Assembly: GCA_026393655.1 (NCBI GenBank)
Contig: JAPKZT010000280.1
Location: 1-36,787, forward strand
From: Actinomycetota bacterium
GTDB lineage: Bacteria; Actinomycetota; Acidimicrobiia; Acidimicrobiales; Ilumatobacteraceae
Direction of reading: 5' to 3'
Length of the DNA stretch: 36,787 nucleotides
Shown here piece by piece: positions 9,137-17,750 of the stretch. Both the position numbers and the translations under genes were made by a program. Below the pieces are notes generated by a model, which searched no databases, was not told the DNA's origin, and saw nothing but the letters and a program-made list of their open reading frames with translations. Within the stretch, counting starts at the first letter, position 1, and the number at the start of each line of letters is the position of its first letter.

Positions 9137-10150
9137 TTATAGCGAACGGTCTAGCAACATCGCGTCACCAAAAGACAGCATTCGATATTTCTCTTGAATC
9201 GCAATTTCATATAGCGACTTCCAACGCGGGCCGATAAACGCATCAACAAGCATCAACAAAGTTGTGCGCGGCATATGAAAATTAGTCAGCAACAAATCGA
9301 CAATCTTAAATTCGTAGCCATGAGAAATAAACATATTTGTTCTGCCGGTTAGAACTCCAGTAGTTGCTGCCGACTCAAGTGCTCGTGTGGCGGTCGTGCC
9401 AACTGCGATGACACGTTTAGCCAATCGACATTGCTCAAGAACTTGCGCGCCAACACGATAACTTTCGGTGTGCATCGGATGATCGCGTGGATCACTGTGA
9501 GTCACAGGCGCAAAAGTGTCTAATCCGACAGTCAATTCAACTGTCAATATTTTGACGCCTTTATTGCGCAAAGCTTCTAATAAAATTTCAGTGAAATGCA
9601 AACCGGCTGTAGGTGCCGCTGCTGATGCCGGCCGATTTGCATAAATCGTTTGATAGCGATCCGGTTGCGAAAGCGTTGTCGTTATATATGGCGGCAAAGG
9701 CATCTCGCCGTATTTGACAAGTGATTCTTCAACACTGTTATTTGTCGCCAACAAACTCACCAAAAAAGTATCGCCCGCAGCGGTTCGCTCACCGATGCGA
9801 ATAAGTGCTGCTCCGTCACTTGCAAACAAAATCTCGCCAAGTTTCAATCTCTTGGCTGGCCGAATCAACGCCTCCCAAGTTTCTGGTGCCGAACCGAGTC
9901 GCTCAAGCAATAAAACTTCAGCGGCTCCACCCGATTGACGCACCAGCCGAAGTCTTGCCGGAATCACCTTCGTATCATTTACAACAAGGACATCACCTTC
10001 GCCACAAAACTCAAGAAAGTCACTTACATGTTTATGATTTGGGTCGCGATCACCTTGATCTACTAATAGTCGCGCAGAATCTCGCGGCTCTAACGGTGTC
10101 TGCGCAATAAGTTCATGGGGTAACTGATAGTCAAAATCTTCAAGTCGCAC
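9137..10150 (-). CDS. queA: S-adenosylmethionine:tRNA ribosyltransferase-isomerase
   Basis: 337 aa with a GTG start. QueA N-terminus (LEDFDYQLPHELIAQTPLEPRDSARLL) and the C-terminal FSFGDAMLL-type motif (LSFGDAMLL). Confidence 0.93.
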   Translation of the reverse strand: MRLEDFDYQLPHELIAQTPLEPRDSARLLVDQGDRDPNHKHVSDFLEFCGEGDVLVVNDTKVIPARLRLVRQSGGAAEVLLLERLGSAPETWEALIRPAKRLKLGEILFASDGAALIRIGERTAAGDTFLVSLLATNNSVEESLVKYGEMPLPPYITTTLSQPDRYQTIYANRPASAAAPTAGLHFTEILLEALRNKGVKILTVELTVGLDTFAPVTHSDPRDHPMHTESYRVGAQVLEQCRLAKRVIAVGTTATRALESAATTGVLTGRTNMFISHGYEFKIVDLLLTNFHMPRTTLLMLVDAFIGPRWKSLYEIAIQEKYRMLSFGDAMLLDRSL

Positions 10151-10159
10151 GGCAGCAAA

Positions 10160-10165
10160 ATTTTA
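10160..10165 (-). promoter_or_regulatory. -10-like box TAAAAT, 9 nt upstream of the queA GTG
   Basis: The minus strand reads TAAAAT-TTTGCTGCC-GTG. The box overlaps the ruvB TAA stop. Confidence 0.35.
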
Positions 10166-11182
10166 GAATAATTCTGGCGCAGATGCAGGCGGTGTTTCGC
10201 CAATATGGCGCCATGCCAAAGGCATCGCAACACGACCGCGCGGTGTACGCGCGAGTAACCCTTGCTGAATCAAGAAAGGCTCGTAGACATCTTCGATAGT
10301 TTCAGTTTGCTCGCTAACTGAAATTGCCAAGGTTGATAAACCAACTGGTCCACCGCCAAATTGTCGACACAAGGCCGACAAGATGGCTCGATCAACCTTG
10401 TCTAAGCCCAAGTCGTCAACACCGAAAACTTCGAGCGCTTGACGCGCACTTTTTTCTGTCACTTGACCATCACCACGAACTTCAGCATGGTCACGAACGC
10501 GCCGCAACAATCGATTAGCAATGCGCGGGGTTCCGCGCGATCGTCGCGCAATCTCGTGCGCACCATCTGCGTTAATCGGCACTTTCAAAATTCGTGCCGT
10601 GCGTTGCACGATCAGTTCGAGTTCATCAACCTCATAAAAATCAAGTCGTGCGACGAGACCAAACCGATCACGAAGTGGCCCGGTGATCATGCCCGTGCGA
10701 GTTGTCGCACCGATCAGGGTGAATCTCGGCAAGGTCAGTCGAATCGACGATGCCGATGCACCTTTGCCAACAACTATGTCGATTTGAAAATCTTCCATTG
10801 CGGGATAGAGAATCTCTTCAACTTGTCGTGACAGTCGGTGAATCTCGTCGATGAACAAAACGTCATTGACATCAAGCTTCGTTAAAATTGCAGCGAGGTC
10901 ACCAGCACGCTCAAGCGCTGGGCCCGACGTAATGTGAATCTTGGCTGACATTTCACTAGCGACAATGCCAGCCATCGTTGTTTTGCCTAAGCCAGGTGGG
11001 CCAGCCAATAAAATATGGTCGGCAGACTGCTCTCGCTTGCGCGCCGCCTCAAGAACAATCCCGAGATGTTCTTTGAGTTCTCGTTGCCCAACAAAATCAC
11101 TTAAAGACTTTGGTCGCAGACCAATATCATCGTGGTCAGCAGGGTCGGTTGTTAGATCAGGATCTGTAAATTCTTCACGCAC
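10163..11182 (-). CDS. ruvB: Holliday junction branch migration DNA helicase RuvB
   Basis: 339 aa. Walker A (GPPGLGKTT), Walker B (LFIDEIHRL) and the RuvB sensor/arginine motifs. Overlaps the ruvA stop by 8 nt. Confidence 0.96.
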   Translation of the reverse strand: MREEFTDPDLTTDPADHDDIGLRPKSLSDFVGQRELKEHLGIVLEAARKREQSADHILLAGPPGLGKTTMAGIVASEMSAKIHITSGPALERAGDLAAILTKLDVNDVLFIDEIHRLSRQVEEILYPAMEDFQIDIVVGKGASASSIRLTLPRFTLIGATTRTGMITGPLRDRFGLVARLDFYEVDELELIVQRTARILKVPINADGAHEIARRSRGTPRIANRLLRRVRDHAEVRGDGQVTEKSARQALEVFGVDDLGLDKVDRAILSALCRQFGGGPVGLSTLAISVSEQTETIEDVYEPFLIQQGLLARTPRGRVAMPLAWRHIGETPPASAPELF

Positions 11183-11762
11183 GACGAGCGCCCAACATAT
11201 TTAGTGCTTCACGCAACATCGCCTCAGAATCGTTACTTGCAGACATCTCTCGAAGCACATCGCGAATCTCTTCGCTTGAATAGCCAAGACCCGAGAGCGC
11301 ATCACGGACATCGCCAATACTCGACGGGCCGTTTAATGTGCTGCTGGCTTCCAGAATGTTGAGGTGTAATCGACTCTTTAATTCGATCAACAGGCGCTCT
11401 GCTGTTTTTTTACCGACCCCCGACACGAGTGTCAACGCCGGGATATCCGAACCAGCAACGATGTCGACCAATGCTCTTGGCGAGTGTGTTGCCAAGATCG
11501 TCATTGCCATGTTTGGGCCGACTCCGTGGGTCGCGATCAAAATTTCGAAGCACCGTCGCTCGTCTCTGTCAAGAAAACCATAGAGAGTTTGTGCATCTTC
11601 TCGAACATGATGATGAACATAAACGAAAGCCGTCGTAGTCGGCTCAAGTTCGCCAAGAGTTCGTGGCGTCACATGCACTAGATACCCGATGCCGTTGGTC
11701 TCAATCAACACTGTTGATTCAGTTGTTCGTTCTAAAATTGTTCCGCGTAATGAACCAATCAT
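11175..11762 (-). CDS. ruvA: Holliday junction branch migration complex subunit RuvA
   Basis: 195 aa. N-terminus [11 protein letters not shown] and a helix-hairpin-helix region ([13 protein letters not shown]). Shares an ATGA overlap with ruvC. Confidence 0.94.
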   Translation of the reverse strand: MIGSLRGTILERTTESTVLIETNGIGYLVHVTPRTLGELEPTTTAFVYVHHHVREDAQTLYGFLDRDERRCFEILIATHGVGPNMAMTILATHSPRALVDIVAGSDIPALTLVSGVGKKTAERLLIELKSRLHLNILEASSTLNGPSSIGDVRDALSGLGYSSEEIRDVLREMSASNDSEAMLREALNMLGARRA

Positions 11763-12322
11763 GCCGACCGCACTTTGGCTTCAGAAATTTTTTGCGCCAA
11801 ACTACTTGAAGCAATGTGACAAAGTGCAATCGCGGCGGCGTCAGCGGCGTCAGCAGGTTTCGGAATCGTATTAAGACCGAGTCGTTGTTTAACCATTTTT
11901 TGCACCTGCGCTTTATCGGCTCCTCCCCAACCAGTGATCGCAAGCTTTACTTGATTCGGCGTGTACTGCTCAACTTGCAAACCACGGCGAGCAGCGGCAC
12001 TTAGCGCAAGACCACTCACCTGACCAACGCTCATTGCTGTGCGCACATTGGATTGAAAAAAAATGTGTTCAACTGCGACAACCGAAGGATGGTACTCGTC
12101 TAAAAGTTCTTCGATTTCTAAACTTATTTCGGCGAGTCGCTGTGGCAATGCTTGCTCAGGACTCGTGCGCAACACGCCAAGCGCACGCATCGTTATTTGG
12201 GTCGCTCCTTGAACCTCTAACACCGCATAACCGCATCTCGTTAAACCAGGGTCGATGCCGAGAACGACCGAAGTATTGCGCTGATGAACCTGGTCGACGG
12301 TGCCTGTTGACTGGGCGAACAT
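11759..12322 (-). CDS. ruvC: crossover junction endodeoxyribonuclease RuvC
   Basis: 187 aa. VLGIDPGLTRCGYAV (catalytic Asp), EHIFF and DAADAAAIAL motifs. Confidence 0.94.
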   Translation of the reverse strand: MFAQSTGTVDQVHQRNTSVVLGIDPGLTRCGYAVLEVQGATQITMRALGVLRTSPEQALPQRLAEISLEIEELLDEYHPSVVAVEHIFFQSNVRTAMSVGQVSGLALSAAARRGLQVEQYTPNQVKLAITGWGGADKAQVQKMVKQRLGLNTIPKPADAADAAAIALCHIASSSLAQKISEAKVRSA

Positions 12323-12329
12323 ATGTTCA

Positions 12330-12335
12330 AGGTTA
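12330..12335 (-). promoter_or_regulatory. -10-like box TAACCT, 7 nt upstream of the ruvC ATG (leaderless candidate)
   Basis: The minus strand reads TAG(bcp stop)-TAACCT-TGAACAT-ATG. Confidence 0.33.
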
Positions 12336-12809
12336 CTAGATACCTGTCTGGGCGTCGGCGACTGCTTGAATCAACTCTTTGACTGGTCTAAAGGTGACCC
12401 CGACAAGTGCTCGGTGCAGATATTTCACTACACCATTTGGGTCGATCACAAAGACGCTTCGCCTCGGCAACCCTGCGAATCCAACAACTCCGTAATCGCT
12501 TAGGACTTGTTTATCCGGATCAGAAAGTAGCGGAAACTTAAAATTATGTTTGGCTGCGAATTTGTCATGACTTGCCATGTCTTGGTGAGAAATTGCCAAG
12601 ACTTGCGCACCCACATTTGAGAACTGCGAAAGCTCGTCATTGTAAGAACACAATTGCTTGGTGCAGACCGCCGTCGAGTCGCCAGGATAAAACACAAGCA
12701 CTACAGCGGTGCCACGAAATTGCGATAGCGAATAATTCTTGTCACCTGTGCCAGGCAACGAGAAATCAGGAGCCTGACTACCAACTTCAATTGATGATTC
12801 GCTAGCCAT
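12336..12809 (-). CDS. bcp: thioredoxin-dependent peroxiredoxin (Bcp / AhpC-TSA family)
   Basis: 157 aa. The peroxidatic Cys context is FYPGDSTAVCTKQLC, within a thioredoxin fold. The start overlaps the yebC stop by 1 nt (TAATG). Confidence 0.85.
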   Translation of the reverse strand: MASESSIEVGSQAPDFSLPGTGDKNYSLSQFRGTAVVLVFYPGDSTAVCTKQLCSYNDELSQFSNVGAQVLAISHQDMASHDKFAAKHNFKFPLLSDPDKQVLSDYGVVGFAGLPRRSVFVIDPNGVVKYLHRALVGVTFRPVKELIQAVADAQTGI

Positions 12810-13555
12810 TACCCAACCTCTTCCATTAGTTTTTCTGAAATATCAAAATTGGCGTAAACATCTTGCACATCATCGTTGTCATCAAGTTCGTGCATAATCT
12901 TTAGAATTGCTTTTGCTTCATCCGGGTTTGTTACTTCAACGGTGTTCGCCGAAAGCATTGTTGTAGTTGCAGAGTTCACGGATATTTTTGCCGCTTCGAG
13001 AGATGATTTGAGATCCCATACTTGACTCGGATCACAAGTTACATGCCACATTTCTTCGTCAGCAGTGATGTCTTCTAATCCGTGATCAAGACCAACCAAC
13101 ATCAAATCATCTTCGCTGACAGTCTTGGCAACCAAGATCACGCCTTTGCGAGAAAACTGCCAGCCGACCGCTCCTGGCGCTGCCATTGATCCGCCCTGTT
13201 TCGAAAAAATTATTCGCACATCGGCGGCCGTTCGATTTCGATTGTCCGTGAGAATTTCGATTAACATTGCAACTCCGCCGGGGGCATACGCCTCGTAAGT
13301 AACTGATTCGTAAACCTTTCCATCAGTTTCGCCCATGCCGCGTTTGATCGCGCGCTCAATTGCATCATTTGTCATTTGCGCTGCTTTTGCTTTTGAAACT
13401 ACGGTTCGCAATGCCGCGTTAACAGAGACATCGCCGCCACCTTCGCGTGCCGCAACTTCTAGCAGCCGCGATAACTTGGCAAATGTCTTTCCTCGAACTT
13501 TGTCAATAGCTGCTTTCTTGTGTTTAATCGTTGCCCATTTAGAGTGACCAGACAT
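12809..13555 (-). CDS. YebC/PmpR family DNA-binding transcriptional regulator
   Basis: 248 aa. Family-defining N-terminus MSGHSKWATIKHKKAAIDKVRGK. Conserved position between pdxT and ruvC in actinobacteria. Confidence 0.93.
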   Translation of the reverse strand: MSGHSKWATIKHKKAAIDKVRGKTFAKLSRLLEVAAREGGGDVSVNAALRTVVSKAKAAQMTNDAIERAIKRGMGETDGKVYESVTYEAYAPGGVAMLIEILTDNRNRTAADVRIIFSKQGGSMAAPGAVGWQFSRKGVILVAKTVSEDDLMLVGLDHGLEDITADEEMWHVTCDPSQVWDLKSSLEAAKISVNSATTTMLSANTVEVTNPDEAKAILKIMHELDDNDDVQDVYANFDISEKLMEEVG

Positions 13556-13557
13556 TG

Positions 13558-14154
13558 CTAAACCCCTTTCAGAAATAATTCATGTAACCGAACATCATTT
13601 GCTAACTCAGGATGAAATGAGGCAACCAAAATGTTGTCTTGTCGCGCCAACACCACATCGTCTCCACAATATGCCAATGCATGTACATCTGACCCAAGCG
13701 AGACGATGCGTGGCGCACGGATAAACACTGCATGAAACGAACTATCTAATGGGTCAATTTTGATCTCAGCCTCGAAACTGTCAATTTGACGTCCATAGGC
13801 ATTGCGCTGAACATCAATATCTATTGCCTCGAAAGACAACTGATCGTCGCGTCCATCAAGAATTTTTTTAGACAGCAGAATCATCCCCGCACATGTCCCA
13901 AACACAGGCAGACCCTGTTTGATGCGAAGACTGATCGGCTCAAACAATTCAGATGACTCAAGCAACTGCGACATCGTCGTCGACTCTCCACCTGGCATTA
14001 TAAGAGCATCAACTTTTTCGAGATCTGCGGGTGTACGAACTTGAACAGCCTCAACAGATAATTCAAGAAGAACTTTTTGGTGACTAGCGAACGCACCTTG
14101 AAGGGCCAGTACACCAATTTTTATTGCAGATTTATTACGCGAAACGCCAACCAC
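13558..14154 (-). CDS. pdxT: pyridoxal 5'-phosphate synthase glutaminase subunit PdxT
   Basis: 198 aa with a GTG start. IGVLALQGAF motif, catalytic Cys in GTCAG, and a C-terminal FHPE motif. Lies downstream of pdxS. Confidence 0.93.
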   Translation of the reverse strand: MVGVSRNKSAIKIGVLALQGAFASHQKVLLELSVEAVQVRTPADLEKVDALIMPGGESTTMSQLLESSELFEPISLRIKQGLPVFGTCAGMILLSKKILDGRDDQLSFEAIDIDVQRNAYGRQIDSFEAEIKIDPLDSSFHAVFIRAPRIVSLGSDVHALAYCGDDVVLARQDNILVASFHPELANDVRLHELFLKGV

Positions 14155-14172
14155 CAGGAGGCCTCGAGTCGT

Positions 14173-15066
14173 TCACCAACCACGCTCGGCAAAACGCTCT
14201 TGAATGTTGTCCATGCCGATTCCGGTCATTGGTGCACCCAAGTTGCGACTGACTTTTGCAATTATTGCGGCATCTCTAAAGTGAGTCGTTGCTTCGACGA
14301 TTGACCTGGCTCGCGGAGCAGGGTCATCGCTCTTGAATATTCCTGAACCAACAAAAACGGCTTCGGCTCCGAGTTGCATTGCTAAGGCCGCGTCACTAGG
14401 TGTGGCGATTCCGCCGGCACAAAACAAAGGCACTTGTAACCAACCAGTTTCGGCGATTTCTTGGACTAATGGCAATGGCGCTTGAAGTCGTTTCGCCCAC
14501 TCAAACAACTCAGCAGAGTCGGCCTGGGTAATTTTTCGAATGTCACCAATGATTGATCGCAAGTGTCGAACTGCTTCAACGATGTTGCCTGTGCCTGCTT
14601 CGCCTTTTGAACGAATCAATGCGGCACCTTCGCTAATGCGACGCAATGCCTCACCAAGATTTGTCGCACCACATACAACTGGTGTTTTGAATGCAAACTT
14701 ATCGATGTGATGTGATTCGTCGGCTGGTGTCAAAACTTCGCTCTCGTCAATAAAGTCAACACCAAGCGACTCGAGCACCTGTGCTTCTACAAAGTGACCA
14801 ATTCGTGCTTTAGCCATAACTGGTATCGAGACAACTGCTTGAATCTTTTCGATCATTTCTGGGTCACTCATTCGCGCAACGCCACCGTCGCGACGAATAT
14901 CTGCCGGCACACGCTCAAGAGCCATAACTGCGCAAGCGCCTGAATCTTCGGCAATCTTGGCTTGATCGGCATTAACGACATCCATGATCACGCCACCTTT
15001 TAGCATCTCTGCCAAACCGCGTTTAACTGTCATCGAACCTGTTTTGTTCACTTCACTTTTTGCCAT
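14173..15066 (-). CDS. pdxS: pyridoxal 5'-phosphate synthase lyase subunit PdxS
   Basis: 297 aa. [38 protein letters not shown] is near-invariant PdxS sequence. A GGAGA Shine-Dalgarno (15074-15078) lies 7 nt upstream of the ATG. Confidence 0.97.
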   Translation of the reverse strand: MAKSEVNKTGSMTVKRGLAEMLKGGVIMDVVNADQAKIAEDSGACAVMALERVPADIRRDGGVARMSDPEMIEKIQAVVSIPVMAKARIGHFVEAQVLESLGVDFIDESEVLTPADESHHIDKFAFKTPVVCGATNLGEALRRISEGAALIRSKGEAGTGNIVEAVRHLRSIIGDIRKITQADSAELFEWAKRLQAPLPLVQEIAETGWLQVPLFCAGGIATPSDAALAMQLGAEAVFVGSGIFKSDDPAPRARSIVEATTHFRDAAIIAKVSRNLGAPMTGIGMDNIQERFAERGW

Positions 15067-15126
15067 TTTTGAATCTCCAACGTCGGGGTGATGTCAGGGT
15101 ACAGAACTTATCAATGACTATTTTGA

Positions 15127-16209
15127 TCAGGGGTACTTGACTTTTTTAACATCTTCTCCAGGTGCAATATTCACAGCAGACTTCGGACGAATTACTTCTA
15201 TCCATGTGCGACCAGGCGTCAATTTGATAATTTCGCCGTTGATATCTTTATAAATAAATGGCATTTCAGGATCTGGACGCTCCCATGTGCCTTGCACTAA
15301 TACACCTGCCGTATAAATCCAAACTTCTCCACTACCGACAGATTTTGCTACTGGACTTGAGCCGCTCTTCGAATAAACAACCGAAATAACAACAACGTTT
15401 TGTGCATTGACACGAACATCTTGCATGTCAACATGCGGCTTATCATCTTGCGATCGAACGAAAGTTAATAGATCTGGGTTCCACTCCCACATTACGTCAA
15501 CACCGTCCATTGAAATTTTTACGGCTGCAGCCGGCTTCGATGCTGTAGTTACGGCCTCATCTGCTTTTCGATATTCAAATTGTGGTAGCGGCGGTTTGGC
15601 ATCTGCCGGTGCGAGCGACCAAAGTTTTGTAGTTTCCGCAAGTAAGTTATGCGGTGCGTTACGGCTTGACTCACGACGGTAGCCACCCTTTTCATTAGCG
15701 ACCGAATGACTTAAATCGACAAGCCATGACTTACGAATTGCAGAAGTAACTTGTTGATTGCCACCACTCCATGCCAACAATGGGTGATTCAACGAGCCAA
15801 GAAGATTTATGTCTTGGATACGACCACTGCGGATCGGACCAACTGGGTCGCTTCCTTGTGAATGAAACACCACAGCGAACCGAGTCAGTTGCTCAACATT
15901 TTCTTCAAAAACTAAATCGGCTTGGTTGATACCCCATTGCGGGCGCGCTTGCGGATGGTTATCAATTTTAACGACCAGCGCTGGTCGATTGAGAATTGAC
16001 TCATCTGCTGCTGGAGCGCCAGTCAAAGGGTTAACAACAACTGGAATTGTTGTTGTGGTCGTAGTTTCAGGAACTGTAGTCGCGACAATTTCTTCGGCCG
16101 GAAGAGTCGAAGCAGAATCAGATTTGCCGCCACAACTGGCAACTAACAAACCCAAGACGATGACAGAAGTAATACCTAAATTGCGCGTACGAGTTGATTG
16201 GCTTTTCAT
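15127..16209 (-). CDS. DUF3048 domain-containing lipoprotein
   Basis: 360 aa. Signal peptide with a lipobox (LLVASCGG) and a Thr-rich linker. The DUF3048-type core is PALVVKIDNHPQARPQWGINQADLVFEENVE..LTRFAVVFHS. Starts 3 nt after the htpX stop. Confidence 0.8.
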   Translation of the reverse strand: MKSQSTRTRNLGITSVIVLGLLVASCGGKSDSASTLPAEEIVATTVPETTTTTTIPVVVNPLTGAPAADESILNRPALVVKIDNHPQARPQWGINQADLVFEENVEQLTRFAVVFHSQGSDPVGPIRSGRIQDINLLGSLNHPLLAWSGGNQQVTSAIRKSWLVDLSHSVANEKGGYRRESSRNAPHNLLAETTKLWSLAPADAKPPLPQFEYRKADEAVTTASKPAAAVKISMDGVDVMWEWNPDLLTFVRSQDDKPHVDMQDVRVNAQNVVVISVVYSKSGSSPVAKSVGSGEVWIYTAGVLVQGTWERPDPEMPFIYKDINGEIIKLTPGRTWIEVIRPKSAVNIAPGEDVKKVKYP

Positions 16210-16212
16210 TGG

Positions 16213-17118
16213 TTATATCTCCCTTAATAGTGCGATTCGTTCTGACAGTGGTGGATGAGTGTTAAACAGTTTATGGAAAGAAGCAAGTTTACCCGAGTCA
16301 TTGACCCCAGATAAAGGTTGTTCAATCCACATGTGTGCCGTTGCCATACTGGCTGAGTGAGTCACGGTGCTGTCGGCTTGAAGTTTTTCTAAAGCGGATA
16401 TCAAACCGGGCGGATATCTAGTTAGTTGACATGCTGACACATCTGCCAAAGTTTCACGACGACGACTAATTGACGCCTGCATCATTCGCGCAACGAGTGG
16501 TGCAATTATCAATAACGCAAAGCCAATAAACGCAAGAGGGTTTGAAGAATTGCGACGGTCGTTACTGCGACTGACTCGCCCGCCGTTCCACCACATCATT
16601 CGAATCGAAATATCGGTCAGCAATGCGACAGCGCCAACAAGCGTGACGGCGAGAGTAGAAACTAAAATGTCATAGTTCTTAATGTGCGATAGTTCGTGTG
16701 CGAGTACTCCTTCAAGTTCGACACGATCTAGTTTTTCTAGCAATCCAGATGTAACCGCGACCGCAGCATGTTTTGGGTTACGACCGGTTGCGAACGCATT
16801 TGGTGCTTCATCATGAATCACATAAAGACGCGGCTTTGGCAACCCGCCAGCGATACACAAATTTTCGACCAAATTATGTAGACGCTTGTATTCGACTTCG
16901 TCGGCTGGTATCGCGCGACTTACTTTTAGAGCAATTGTGTCGGACTTCCAATATGAGATAACTGCCATCAAACCGGAAACGATCAGCGCAAAAATTGTGC
17001 CGACAATTGGGTCGCCTAGAACTAATCCGGCTGAGGCGCCAACCACGACGAGTAACAAAGAAAATCCAGCCAACAAAAATACCGAACGTCGTTTGTTTGA
17101 AGCAATTAAGTCATACAT
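16213..17118 (-). CDS. htpX: zinc metalloprotease HtpX (M48 family)
   Basis: 301 aa. Two N-terminal TMs, the HELSHIKNYD zinc motif, two more TMs, and a downstream Glu ligand region. Confidence 0.9.
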   Translation of the reverse strand: MYDLIASNKRRSVFLLAGFSLLLVVVGASAGLVLGDPIVGTIFALIVSGLMAVISYWKSDTIALKVSRAIPADEVEYKRLHNLVENLCIAGGLPKPRLYVIHDEAPNAFATGRNPKHAAVAVTSGLLEKLDRVELEGVLAHELSHIKNYDILVSTLAVTLVGAVALLTDISIRMMWWNGGRVSRSNDRRNSSNPLAFIGFALLIIAPLVARMMQASISRRRETLADVSACQLTRYPPGLISALEKLQADSTVTHSASMATAHMWIEQPLSGVNDSGKLASFHKLFNTHPPLSERIALLREI

Positions 17119-17130
17119 GATGAAAAGCCG

Positions 17131-17136
17131 ATTCTA
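17131..17136 (-). promoter_or_regulatory. -10-like box TAGAAT, 12 nt upstream of the htpX ATG
   Basis: The minus strand reads TAGAAT-CGGCTTTTCATC-ATG. There is no clear Shine-Dalgarno. Confidence 0.3.
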
Positions 17137-17145
17137 GAACTAAAT

Positions 17146-17709
17146 CTAAAACTGCACCTTAGGAGCAGTCTTTTCGGCTTCGGTTGCTTCAAATGAATCA
17201 GAAACCGAAAATTTGAAAAGCGACGCTATCAAAACACTTGGAAAGCTACTTACCGAGTTGTTGTAGGCAAGCACAGCGTCGTTATAGAACTGGCGAGCAT
17301 ACGCAATACGGCTCTCTGTGTTGCTGAGTTCTTCTTGCAAATTCAAGAAACTCGCGTTGGCTTTGAGATCTGGGTAAGCCTCAGACAATGCAAAGAACTG
17401 ACGCAATGCACCAGATAATGCGTTGTCAGCCGATGCCTGACCAGTTGCCGTACCTGGTGCCGACATTGCGGAGTTACGAGCCGAAATTACATCTTGCAAA
17501 GTTTTTTGTTCAAAGTTTGCGTAGCCCTTAACAGTTTCAACAAGATTCGGAATCAGTTCGATTCGTCGTTTTAATTGAACATCAATTTGCGACCAGGCAT
17601 TCTTGACTTGATTACGACGTTGAACCAACGAGTTGTAAATCATCACAAGAATTATGATGACGGCAAAAACCAGAACCAAACCAATCCAAATTCCCATGAC
17701 GTCCTCCAT
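17146..17709 (-). CDS. LemA family protein
   Basis: 187 aa. N-terminal TM plus the LemA core (NAWSQIDVQLKRRIELIPNLVETVKGYANFE). The true start may be the second ATG at 17697 (MGIWIG...), which is preceded by GGAGGA. Confidence 0.88.
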   Translation of the reverse strand: MEDVMGIWIGLVLVFAVIIILVMIYNSLVQRRNQVKNAWSQIDVQLKRRIELIPNLVETVKGYANFEQKTLQDVISARNSAMSAPGTATGQASADNALSGALRQFFALSEAYPDLKANASFLNLQEELSNTESRIAYARQFYNDAVLAYNNSVSSFPSVLIASLFKFSVSDSFEATEAEKTAPKVQF

Positions 17710-17735
17710 TAATCTCGACTTGATATCTTGCTTTT

Positions 17736-17741
17736 ATTGTA
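17736..17741 (-). promoter_or_regulatory. -10-like box TACAAT upstream of lemA
   Basis: The minus strand reads TACAAT, 26 nt before the ATG at 17709. A GGAGGA Shine-Dalgarno precedes the alternative ATG at 17697. Confidence 0.3.
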
Positions 17742-17750
17742 GTGCGCGAA

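Noticed and set aside
12056-12063. An A8/T8 homopolymer inside ruvC, plus several 7-nt runs in hisS, yajC, secD and dnaE, as possible frameshift or phase-variation sites.
   Set aside because: All reading frames are intact across the runs (ruvC reads EHIFFQSNV). There are no alternative downstream frames of note.
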